Positions 1 to 8,370 of a stretch of DNA of 24,702 nt are shown one piece after another. The position numbers were made by a program, and so were the translations under genes. This DNA is from Candidatus Calescibacterium sp. (lineage in GTDB: Bacteria > Calescibacteriota > Calescibacteriia > Calescibacteriales > Calescibacteriaceae). Below the pieces are notes generated by a model. That model did no database searches, was not told the DNA's origin, and was given only the letters and a program-made list of their open reading frames with translations. The stretch is taken from assembly GCA_032249135.1 (NCBI GenBank), contig JAVVGL010000027.1:1-24702 (forward strand), read 5' to 3'. Every line of letters begins with the position of its first letter. Position 1 is the stretch's first letter.

Positions 1-2
1 TT

Positions 3-458
3 TCATTCTTCAACTATTTCCCAAAAGTTATTTTTTAAGATACATTTTGTGATTCCTCCTGTTGGAGATAAAACAGAAAAGGCTATAAAGTCATTTCCGC
101 ATTTTAGGTAAATTGTGCCAGACAGGTCTTTTAATCCCTTTGGAGAAAATTTGAAAGTTGTTTTTATTGAGGGTGTTCCGGGAGAATTTGAGCAAGCTCT
201 TACATTCACATCTGGTGCCGAAATTTTTGCAAATATTTTATATTGACGAGATCCTTCGCCATAATCTATTATTGCTTTCCCATCTTGAAAAATCACTTTT
301 ACCTCGTTGTATTTCAAAGCAAGCATTTTTGCCTCTGAAAATATTTTTTCTACCATAGTATATGTTGATTTTATTCCGCATTCCATTTTAGGTTTTATTA
401 TGAAAAAGAAAAAAAGAGCTCCGGCCGAAAGCGAAAGAATAAATCTCAAAATAAGCAT
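3..458 (-). CDS. Putative GspH/FimT-like minor pilin/pseudopilin
   Basis: 151 aa ORF with an N-terminal hydrophobic helix followed by 'IFSEAKMLALKYN', 'FKFSPKG' and 'SGTIYL', resembling GspH/FimT folds. No G|FxxxE prepilin cleavage motif is visible, and an in-frame TGA lies 3 codons upstream. Confidence 0.45.
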   Translation of the reverse strand: MLILRFILSLSAGALFFFFIIKPKMECGIKSTYTMVEKIFSEAKMLALKYNEVKVIFQDGKAIIDYGEGSRQYKIFAKISAPDVNVRACSNSPGTPSIKTTFKFSPKGLKDLSGTIYLKCGNDFIAFSVLSPTGGITKCILKNNFWEIVEE

Positions 459-605
459 ACGAACTCAATTCAGATATTATTCTTTCTTAAAAATTCACTC
501 AAAGATTCAAAAAATATCTTCCCAAAACATAATCTTTCAAAAACCAAATCTATCTGACAGAAAATCTTAAAATTAAAATAAATCAATTTTGTGTGATTTC
601 AAGTA

Positions 606-1706
606 ATGATTAGGAATGACCAACAAATTTTAAACATCTATAAAGGAAAAACCGTTTTAGTGACTGGGGATACTGGTTTTAAGGGGTCATGGCTAGCGAT
701 ATGGCTTTTTCATCTTGGGGCAAATGTTATTGGTTATGCTCTCCCTCCAAAAAATAAAAACGATAATTTCGCAATTTGTGCATTAGACAAAAAAATAACG
801 CATATTGACGGAGATATAAGAGATTATGAATTTTTGCTAAAAGTTTTTTCAAAGTATAAACCTGAAATAGTTTTTCATCTTGCAGCTCAATCGTTGGTTT
901 TAGAGTCTTATAAGGACCCTCTTTATACATTCCAGACTAATGTTATGGGGACTGTGAATTTGCTTGAAGCAATAAGAAATACTCCATCTGTTAAAGTTGC
1001 TGTTATTGCGACAAGTGATAAATGCTATGAAAACCAAGAATGGATTTATGGGTACAGGGAAATTGACCCTCTTGGCGGAAAGGATCCATATAGTGCGTCA
1101 AAAGGAGCAGCAGAAATTGTTATTTCATCTTATATTCGTTCGTTTTTTTCTCGCGATGGAACTCCAAATGTAGCATCTGTGAGGGCAGGTAATGTTATAG
1201 GTGGAGGTGATTGGGCAGAAAATAGGATTTTCCCTGACTGCATGCGAGCTTTGCTTTCCGGGAAACCTATCGTTGTGAGAAACCCAGATGCTGTAAGACC
1301 CTGGCAACATGTTTTGGATCCATTATACGGATATTTACTTTTGGGATCGTTTTTGTATACGAAAGGTAAAGAGTTTTCAGGTCCGTGGAATTTTGGACCG
1401 CTATCTAAAAACATGATTTCTGTTCGAAAACTTGTTGAAGAAGTAATCAAACAGTGGGGTGGGGGAGAGTACATTGTAATGAAAGATGAAAATGCCCCTG
1501 AGGAAGCCGGAATTTTACACCTTGACATATCAAAAGCGGTAAATAAATTGGGGTGGTACCCAGTTTTAGATTTTAAGCAAACTATAAAACTTGCGATAGA
1601 AGAATACAAAGTTGATGGTATGAGTTCTGAGGAAATTTTCAATCAGAGAATTGATCATATAAATAAATATATTGAATTGAGGAGGAAAATTGAAAATGAG
1701 ATGTAG
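606..1706 (+). CDS. rfbG: CDP-glucose 4,6-dehydratase
   Basis: Motifs VLVTGDTGFKGSWL, FHLAAQ, TSDKCY, DPYSASK, RAGNVIGGGDW, RPWQHVLDPL. Confidence 0.96.
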   Translation: MIRNDQQILNIYKGKTVLVTGDTGFKGSWLAIWLFHLGANVIGYALPPKNKNDNFAICALDKKITHIDGDIRDYEFLLKVFSKYKPEIVFHLAAQSLVLESYKDPLYTFQTNVMGTVNLLEAIRNTPSVKVAVIATSDKCYENQEWIYGYREIDPLGGKDPYSASKGAAEIVISSYIRSFFSRDGTPNVASVRAGNVIGGGDWAENRIFPDCMRALLSGKPIVVRNPDAVRPWQHVLDPLYGYLLLGSFLYTKGKEFSGPWNFGPLSKNMISVRKLVEEVIKQWGGGEYIVMKDENAPEEAGILHLDISKAVNKLGWYPVLDFKQTIKLAIEEYKVDGMSSEEIFNQRIDHINKYIELRRKIENEM

Positions 1707-2928
1707 AATATGTGGGGCCAATTTAGAAGAACCTTTTTTATCTCTTGGGAAGTCTCCTGTTGCTAATTCGCTTTTGACAAAAGAAGATTTACATAAGATG
1801 GAGCCATATTTCCCTTTGGATTTATATGTATGTCAAAGCTGCTGGTTAGTTCAGCTTGAAGAGTTTGAACCGCCTGAAAAAATTTTCTCCTCTGACTATC
1901 CATATTTTTCATCTTACTCTGAAAGCTGGCTCAAACACTGTAAAAACTACACTGAGATGATGATAGAAAGATTTGGATTTGACAAAAATTCTTTTGTCTT
2001 AGAAGTGGGGAGTAATGACGGCTATCTTCTTCAATACTTCAAAGAGCATAATATTCCGGTTTTGGGAGTTGAACCTGCTGAAAATGTTGCGAGAGCAGCG
2101 ATAGAAAAGGGTATTCCAACTGATATCACATTTTTCAATTCTTCATATGCGAAAAAACTGAGAGAAAAAGGAAAATTGGCAGATCTTATTATTGGCAACA
2201 ATGTTTTGGCACATAATCCAAATTTGCATGATTTTGTTGAAGCTATGAAAATTGCATTAAAACCAAATGGGATTATTACTATGGAGTTTCCTCATTTGAT
2301 GAAACTTATTCAGGAAAACCAATTTGATACAATTTACCATGAGCATTTTTCTTATTTTTCCTTTTATGCGGTTAAAAAACTCTTTTCTTTGCACGAGCTT
2401 GAAATTTTTGATGTTGAAGAAATTCCAACTCATGGCGGTTCTCTTCGCATATACGCAAAACACAAAGGAGCAGATGGAAAACTTTTAGCTACTACAAAAA
2501 GAGTAGAGGAGTTATTAGAAAAGGAGAAAGATTTTGGTCTTTTTGATCTGCAAACATATTCCAATTTCAGAAAAAAGGTAGAGGCAACAAAAAGAGCTTT
2601 TTTGCTATTTCTTATACAAGCAAAAAATGAGGGGAAAAAAATAGTAGGTTATGGTGCTCCTGCAAAGGCATCAACACTACTCAATTACTGCGGGGTAAGA
2701 ACTGATTTTATTGACTACACCGTAGATAGAAATCCGCACAAGCAAGGCAAATTCATTCCGGGTGTCCATATACCCATAAAACATCCTGATAAAATAAAGG
2801 AGGATAGACCAGACTATGTTATAATCTTTCCCTGGAACATAAAAGATGAGATTATGGAGCAACTCAAATACATCAGAGAATGGGGTGGAAAGTTTGTAGT
2901 TCCTATACCTGAATTGAAAGTTTATTAA
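1696..2928 (+). CDS. NDP-hexose 3-C-methyltransferase family (SAM-dependent, Zn-binding N-terminus)
   Basis: CRIC...CQSC Zn site, EVGSNDG SAM motif, NNVLAH, FDTIYHEH, HGGSLR, GYGAPAK, PWN. ATG at 1696 follows GGAGG (1681-1685) and overlaps the rfbG end. Confidence 0.92.
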   Translation: MRCRICGANLEEPFLSLGKSPVANSLLTKEDLHKMEPYFPLDLYVCQSCWLVQLEEFEPPEKIFSSDYPYFSSYSESWLKHCKNYTEMMIERFGFDKNSFVLEVGSNDGYLLQYFKEHNIPVLGVEPAENVARAAIEKGIPTDITFFNSSYAKKLREKGKLADLIIGNNVLAHNPNLHDFVEAMKIALKPNGIITMEFPHLMKLIQENQFDTIYHEHFSYFSFYAVKKLFSLHELEIFDVEEIPTHGGSLRIYAKHKGADGKLLATTKRVEELLEKEKDFGLFDLQTYSNFRKKVEATKRAFLLFLIQAKNEGKKIVGYGAPAKASTLLNYCGVRTDFIDYTVDRNPHKQGKFIPGVHIPIKHPDKIKEDRPDYVIIFPWNIKDEIMEQLKYIREWGGKFVVPIPELKVY

Positions 2929-2973
2929 ATTAGTCAAAGAAATAAGAAATGGTAAAGCTTTAATTTTATAAAA

Positions 2974-3528
2974 ATGAGGTTCATTGAGACAGAGTTGAAA
3001 GGGGCTTATATTATTGAGTTAGAGCCAATAGAAGATGAGAGAGGTTTTTTTGCTCGGACATTCTGTCAGGAAGAATTCAAAAAAGCTGGAATTGAATTTA
3101 ACATAGTTCAGTGCAATATATCTTATAATAAAAAGAAAGGAACGATTCGCGGCATGCATTACCAAGATTTGCCATATCCTGAGGCAAAGATAGTAAGTTG
3201 TATAAAAGGCAAAATATACGATGTAATAATTGATTTGAGACCTAATTCTTCAACTTTTGGTAAGTGGATTTCCGTTGAGCTTGACGATAAAAATTTTCGT
3301 ATGCTTTATGTTCCAAAGTTTTTTGCTCATGGTTTTCAGACATTAGAAGATGACACAATAGTTTTTTATCAGATGTCTGAATTTTACCATCCAGAATGCG
3401 CAAGGGGAATAAGATGGAATGACCCGTTTTTTAATATAAAGTGGCCTTTGGAACCCACCATTATCTCAGAAAAAGATAAAAACTGGCCATTGTGGAATTC
3501 CTCGGGAAATTCTGAGATTAGGAGATAA
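2974..3528 (+). CDS. rfbC: dTDP-4-dehydrorhamnose 3,5-epimerase family (cupin)
   Basis: DERGFFAR, GTIRGMHYQ, DLRPNS, FAHGFQTL, IRWNDP, ISEKD. Confidence 0.93.
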   Translation: MRFIETELKGAYIIELEPIEDERGFFARTFCQEEFKKAGIEFNIVQCNISYNKKKGTIRGMHYQDLPYPEAKIVSCIKGKIYDVIIDLRPNSSTFGKWISVELDDKNFRMLYVPKFFAHGFQTLEDDTIVFYQMSEFYHPECARGIRWNDPFFNIKWPLEPTIISEKDKNWPLWNSSGNSEIRR

Positions 3529-3578
3529 CAAATTAAGATAATAATATAAAAAAATAAGTATTAGATTTTGGTTTTCAA

Positions 3579-4514
3579 ATGAAAATAATTTTGCTTACTG
3601 GAGCAAGTGGGTTTATCGGAAGGCATACAATTCCTTTTTTAATAGACAGAGGATATGAAATTCATGCCGTTTATTATTCTCATCCTCCAGAATTTATTCA
3701 AAATAAGGATTTGATTTTACATCGTTGTAATCTTTTAGATTTTGAAGAACAAGAAAAGTTGTTATCTGAGATAAAACCAACACATCTTTTACATTTTGCA
3801 TGGTACACAGTTCATAGGGAATACTGGACATCTTTTGAGAATATAAAGTGGGTTCAGGCGAGTTTGAATTTATTTTTAAATTTTGCGAAAAATGGGGGAA
3901 GAAGGGCAGTAGTTGCTGGAACATGTGCTGAATATGATTGGAACTATGGATTTTTTTCAGAAGGTATTACACCTACGAATCCAAAAACTTTATACGGTAT
4001 TTGCAAAGACAGCCTACATAAAATTCTTTCTCATTTTTGTAAGCAGGTAAATATAAGTCTTGCTTGGGGAAGGATATTTTTTGTTTACGGTCCATACGAA
4101 AATCCGCAAAGGTTAATTCCGTATGTTATAACTTCTCTCCTTGAAGATAAACCTGCGTTCTGTAGTCATGGAAATCAAATTCGTGATTTTCTTTATGTTG
4201 AAGATGCAGCGTCAGCTTTTGTAAGCTTGCTTGAGAGTGATGTACAAGGACCTATAAATATAGCTTCGGGGCAACCTATTTCTCTTAAAACTGTCATTTA
4301 TAAGATTGCAGATTTTTTGGGTAAAAGATATCTTATAAATCTTGGTGCTGTTTCAACTTCCGACGATGATGTTCCTTTTTTAGTTGCAGATATTCGTAGG
4401 CTTAAAAATGAAGTCAGATGGGAACCAAAATTTACTATAGATGAAGGTTTGAATATTTCAATTGAGTGGTGGAAAAATAAAATAAGAGAATCTAAAATTA
4501 AAATTAAAGATTGA
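3579..4514 (+). CDS. NAD-dependent epimerase/dehydratase (probable NDP-4-keto-sugar reductase)
   Basis: LTGASGFIG Rossmann motif, GTCAEY, YGICK (YxxxK), RDFLYVED. Confidence 0.88.
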   Translation: MKIILLTGASGFIGRHTIPFLIDRGYEIHAVYYSHPPEFIQNKDLILHRCNLLDFEEQEKLLSEIKPTHLLHFAWYTVHREYWTSFENIKWVQASLNLFLNFAKNGGRRAVVAGTCAEYDWNYGFFSEGITPTNPKTLYGICKDSLHKILSHFCKQVNISLAWGRIFFVYGPYENPQRLIPYVITSLLEDKPAFCSHGNQIRDFLYVEDAASAFVSLLESDVQGPINIASGQPISLKTVIYKIADFLGKRYLINLGAVSTSDDDVPFLVADIRRLKNEVRWEPKFTIDEGLNISIEWWKNKIRESKIKIKD

Positions 4515-4570
4515 AAACAAAAAGAAAAAAAAGAAGAAATAGAAAAGAAAAAATTTTTTAGAAACTAGGA

Positions 4571-5767
4571 ATGCAAGAAAATTATCACAAAAATATCAAG
4601 ATTTGCCCTGTTTGTAGAAGTTCAGAAACTGAGTTCATATATCAGCTTGAAAGTGCTCCGATGCAAAATAAAATTTATGATAGATTAGAAGATGCTTTGA
4701 GAGAAAATAAAGTAAAAATTACTCTTTGGGGATGCAAAAATTGTAGCTTTGTATTTAACGCTGATTTCAACCCTGAGAATATAGATTATTCATCTGATTA
4801 TGATAATACACAAGAATATTCACAGTATTTTTTGAGATATATTAAAAGACTTGGGAAAAGACTTATAAAAAAATATGATTTGAAAAATAAAAGTGTAGTT
4901 GAAGTGGGATGTGGGAAAGGAGGATTTTTAAAGATACTTTATCAAAGCGGTGTTAAAAATATTAAGGGATTTGATCCTTCTTATGTTGATCACGATGAAG
5001 AGATTGATAATTTAGTTATAAAGAAGTATTTTAGTCCAGACTTTTTGAAGGAAAAGTTTGATTTTGTTGTTTGTCGTCATGTTTTAGAGCACATACCTAA
5101 TCCCTATGAATTCGTAAATTCTATTGTTTCATGTTTGAAAGATGAGGGGGTGATGTATTTTGAATTTCCATCTCTTGAATGGATTGTAAAACATAAAGCT
5201 TTCTTTGATTTTTACTATGAACACTGCAATTACTTTACAAAAAACTCTGTCATTACATTATTCAGGCAATTCGGTTTTACAAGCATTACTATAAACTTTG
5301 GTTTGAAAGGTCAGTATTTTCAAGTGGAAATGAGGAGAGATAATGAAAGGAATTCAGTCTCAGAAACGGAAAAAGATAAAGAAGCATTACGGAAAATCTT
5401 TTTAAGGAAAAACATTGCAGAAAAACTTTTCAGGGAAATCTCTGATTTTCTTGAAAGCGAGATTAGAAAGTGGAAAGATATGGTAGAGAAGTTAGACAAT
5501 TTTGTAGTTTGGGGTGCAGGTGCGAAAGGAATTACATTTTTAAATAGACTGAATATACCTCAAGAAAAATGCAGATATGTAATAGACATCAATCCTAAAA
5601 AACATAACAAATTTGTCCCTATAACCGGGCAAAAGATAGTCTCTCCACAAATTCTAAGGGAGGAAAATATAAAAAACATAATAATCATGAATCCAGCTTA
5701 TAAAAATGAAATAATTTCTTGCGCTAAAAAATATGGATTTCAGGGTAATTTCATAATATTAGAGTAA
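4571..5767 (+). CDS. Second SAM-dependent sugar C-methyltransferase-family protein
   Basis: CPVC...CKNC, EVGCGKG, RHVLEH, FYYEH, WGAGAKG, DINPKK; same architecture as 1696..2928 but divergent. Confidence 0.85.
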   Translation: MQENYHKNIKICPVCRSSETEFIYQLESAPMQNKIYDRLEDALRENKVKITLWGCKNCSFVFNADFNPENIDYSSDYDNTQEYSQYFLRYIKRLGKRLIKKYDLKNKSVVEVGCGKGGFLKILYQSGVKNIKGFDPSYVDHDEEIDNLVIKKYFSPDFLKEKFDFVVCRHVLEHIPNPYEFVNSIVSCLKDEGVMYFEFPSLEWIVKHKAFFDFYYEHCNYFTKNSVITLFRQFGFTSITINFGLKGQYFQVEMRRDNERNSVSETEKDKEALRKIFLRKNIAEKLFREISDFLESEIRKWKDMVEKLDNFVVWGAGAKGITFLNRLNIPQEKCRYVIDINPKKHNKFVPITGQKIVSPQILREENIKNIIIMNPAYKNEIISCAKKYGFQGNFIILE

Positions 5768-5779
5768 TTTTATACTGCT

Positions 5780-6511
5780 ATGTATCCTCGGGAAATTTTT
5801 GCTACCGAAAGAAAAGAAAATATTCGTAAGATGCAAAAAGATTTAAGTTTAAAGGAATTAGCCTTAAAGTTTTTAGTTAAATCTTTTAGATACAAATACT
5901 CCTATAATTTTGATTGGTTGGGAAGACCTTTTATCCAGGTCCCACAAGATATTGTTGCTTTGCAAGAAATAATATGGAAAACAAAACCTGATTTGATTAT
6001 TGAAACCGGAATAGCTCACGGCGGAGGACTGATTTTTTATGCTTCAATGCTTGAACTTCTCGGTGAAGGAGAAGTTATTGGAATAGATATTGAAATAAGA
6101 CCTCATAACATAAAAGAAATAGAAAAACATCCTCTCTCAAAAAGAATAATAATGTTTGAGGGCTCTTCAACAGATGATAAAATAGTAAAAGAAGTTGAGA
6201 AAGCAGTGAAAAGGCACAAAAAAGTTATGGTATGTTTAGATTCTCTACATACTCATGAGCATGTTCTCAATGAACTGAATATATACTCAAAATTTGTGAC
6301 AAAAGGAAATTACCTTGTTGTATTTGATACAATAATTGAATTTTTTCCAAAAGGCTTTTTCAAAGATAGACCATGGGATAAAGGCAATAATCCATACACA
6401 GCGGTAAAAGAATTCCTAAAACACAACAAAAATTTTGTTGTAGATAAAGAGATAGAAAATAAACTCCTGATCACATGCGCTCCGGGAGGATATCTTTTGA
6501 GGGTAAAGTGA
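5780..6511 (+). CDS. CmcI / cephalosporin hydroxylase family protein (probable sugar O-methyltransferase)
   Basis: WLGRPFIQVPQD, KPDLIIETGIAHGG, LDSLHTHEHV, GNNPYTAV, PGGYL. Confidence 0.9.
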   Translation: MYPREIFATERKENIRKMQKDLSLKELALKFLVKSFRYKYSYNFDWLGRPFIQVPQDIVALQEIIWKTKPDLIIETGIAHGGGLIFYASMLELLGEGEVIGIDIEIRPHNIKEIEKHPLSKRIIMFEGSSTDDKIVKEVEKAVKRHKKVMVCLDSLHTHEHVLNELNIYSKFVTKGNYLVVFDTIIEFFPKGFFKDRPWDKGNNPYTAVKEFLKHNKNFVVDKEIENKLLITCAPGGYLLRVK

Positions 6512-6565
6512 ATGTTTGAAAATATGTTGCGGTAAAAACTCTTGATTCAAATTTGTAAAATAGTT

Positions 6566-6594
6566 TTGTAATTTTAAAATGAACAACTTAAAAT
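6566..6594 (+). promoter_or_regulatory. Putative sigma70-type promoter of rfbF (leaderless geometry)
   Basis: TTGTAA(6566-6571)-N17-TAAAAT(6589-6594)-N7-ATG(6602). Confidence 0.5.
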
Positions 6595-6601
6595 TTTTTC
6601 T

Positions 6602-7384
6602 ATGAAGGTTGTTATTTTGGCTGGTGGATTTGGGACTCGCCTTTCAGAAGAAACTGTAATAAAACCTAAACCTATGGTTGAGATAGGTGGAAAGCCAATT
6701 CTTTGGCACATCATGAAAATATATTCTGCGCAGGGCTTTGACGAATTTATAATCGCACTCGGATACAAAGGAGAAGTCATAAAGAAATATTTTTTAGATT
6801 ACTATGCTGTAAACTCAAATATATTTTTAGACCTTGAAACTGGTCAACATTACCTCTTTGATAGCAACAGAGAAAAATGGAAGGTCTGGTTAATTGATAC
6901 CGGAGTTTATACGAACACAGGTGGAAGAGTTCTCAGGTTAAAAAAATATATAGGTAATGAAACGTTTATGCTAACTTATGGAGATGGAGTTGCAAATATA
7001 AATCTCAAAGCCTTACTTGATTTCCACAGAAAGCACGGAAAAATAGCAACAATAACTGCTGTGAGACCTCCCGCAAGGTTCGGAGGAATAATTTTTGATC
7101 CATCAGATGAGAACGGAAGAATTCTTCAATTTACAGAAAAACCGCAAATAGGCGAAGGATGGATAAACGGAGGATTTATGGTTTTTGAACCTGCTGTTTT
7201 TGATTATATAAAAGACGATAGTACAAGTCTTGAAGCCTATGTTCTTGAAAAACTTGCAGAAGACGGTCAGCTTTGCGCATTCAAACACGAAGGTTTCTGG
7301 CAGTGTATGGATACCCTGAGAGATAAGAACCTGCTTGAAAAACTCTGGGAATCAGGAGAAGCTCCCTGGAAAATCTGGGAATGA
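6602..7384 (+). CDS. rfbF: Glucose-1-phosphate cytidylyltransferase
   Basis: VILAGGFGTRLSEET, PKPMVEIGGKPILWHIM, LTYGDGV, WINGGF, GFWQCMDTLRD, APWKIW. Confidence 0.97.
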   Translation: MKVVILAGGFGTRLSEETVIKPKPMVEIGGKPILWHIMKIYSAQGFDEFIIALGYKGEVIKKYFLDYYAVNSNIFLDLETGQHYLFDSNREKWKVWLIDTGVYTNTGGRVLRLKKYIGNETFMLTYGDGVANINLKALLDFHRKHGKIATITAVRPPARFGGIIFDPSDENGRILQFTEKPQIGEGWINGGFMVFEPAVFDYIKDDSTSLEAYVLEKLAEDGQLCAFKHEGFWQCMDTLRDKNLLEKLWESGEAPWKIWE

Positions 7385-7474
7385 AAAAATCAATTACGAA
7401 ATCTTTTTTGGTGAATTTTTTATTTTGAGAAAATCCAATCTGACAAAATTTGCTTAAAAATAAATAATCAGATT

Positions 7475-7924
7475 ATGTGTTTCGGAGCAAAATTATCATT
7501 TGAAAATCTCAGTGGTCTTTTTGCATATATGGCTTTACCTATATTCTTTTTTTTCTTTTCATTCTTCTTTTTTCCTTTCAGATATGATGGTTTTGCTCAA
7601 GATATTTCTCCTAAACAACTTAAAAAGATGATAGAAGAAAGAAAAGAAGGGAAAATTAACTTTGTTTTGATAGATGTAAGAACAAAAGAAGAGTTTGAAT
7701 CAGGTTATATTCCCGGAACAGATTTAAATATACCGCACGATGAGATAGGGGAAAAAATAGGACAGCTTAATATAAAAAAAGACGACACTATTATATTGTA
7801 TTGTAGGTCTGGAAGAAGATCTGAAATAGCAAAACAAGAACTTATCAAAAGAGGATACAAAAAAGTTTTAAATGCTGGTGGAATAAAGCACTGGGTAGAA
7901 AGTGGGTTTGAATTGAAAAAGTAA
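7475..7924 (+). CDS. Exported single-domain rhodanese (PspE-like)
   Basis: Phe-rich hydrophobic N-terminus, LIDVRT, IPG, active-site loop YCRSGRRS, GGIKHW. Confidence 0.88.
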   Translation: MCFGAKLSFENLSGLFAYMALPIFFFFFSFFFFPFRYDGFAQDISPKQLKKMIEERKEGKINFVLIDVRTKEEFESGYIPGTDLNIPHDEIGEKIGQLNIKKDDTIILYCRSGRRSEIAKQELIKRGYKKVLNAGGIKHWVESGFELKK

Positions 7925-7957
7925 AATTTTTAATTTCTCGGAGTTTAGTCTCTCGAA

Positions 7958-8119
7958 ATGTTGTTTTTTGTCGGAACTCGTAGAAGTAAGCTCGCTCTAA
8001 AACAGATAGAAATTTTCTTGGAATCTATCAGGAAAAAGTATAAAAAGCTTGGAAAAAATCCTCCTCAATTTGAAATAAAAATGATAAAAACAAAAGAGAT
8101 AAAATTTTAGGCTCTCCTT
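7958..8119 (+). pseudogene. hemC: Truncated, frameshifted 5' fragment of hydroxymethylbilane synthase
   Basis: 7958..8110 encodes MLFFVGTRRSKLALKQ...FEIKMIKTK, matching the HemC GTRxSxLAxxQ and IKTxGD motifs. Restoring one base near 8096 gives K-G-D-K-I-L-G-S-P. The sequence then switches to an rfbF copy at 8120. Confidence 0.75.
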
Positions 8120-8358
8120 AAATAGGTGAAGGATGGATAAACGGAGGATTTATGGTTTTTGAGCCTGCCGTTTTTGATTATATAAAGGATGATAGTACAA
8201 GTCTTGAAGCCTATGTTCTTGAAAAACTTGCAGAAGACGGTCAGCTTTGCGCATTCAAACACGAAGGTTTCTGGCAGTGTATGGATACCCTGAGAGATAA
8301 GAACCTGCCTGAAAAACTCTGGGAATCAGGAGAAGCTCCATTGAAAATTTGGTAGTAA
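8120..8358 (+). pseudogene. rfbF: Duplicated 3' fragment of rfbF (copy of 7146..7384)
   Basis: Direct repeat at offset 974 with 12 differences in 239 bp and a 118 bp identical core (8191-8308). Confidence 0.93.
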
Positions 8359-8370
8359 AAAATTTTCTAC

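Noticed and set aside
1130-1642. 170 aa antisense ORF and other short shadow ORFs (e.g. 10644..10949, 22677..23048)
   Set aside because: They lie opposite well-supported genes or a tRNA and have no recognisable motifs.
4515-4570. A-rich intergenic tract
   Set aside because: Low-complexity spacer with no structure, typical of intergenic DNA here.
7543-7580. T-tracts in the rhodanese signal region as a phase-variation switch
   Set aside because: The longest run is about 8 T, similar runs are common in this AT-rich window, and the frame is intact.
8152-8355. 67 aa ORF as an independent gene
   Set aside because: It is the internal-Met frame of the rfbF duplicate, lacks the catalytic N-terminus and carries an L>P change.
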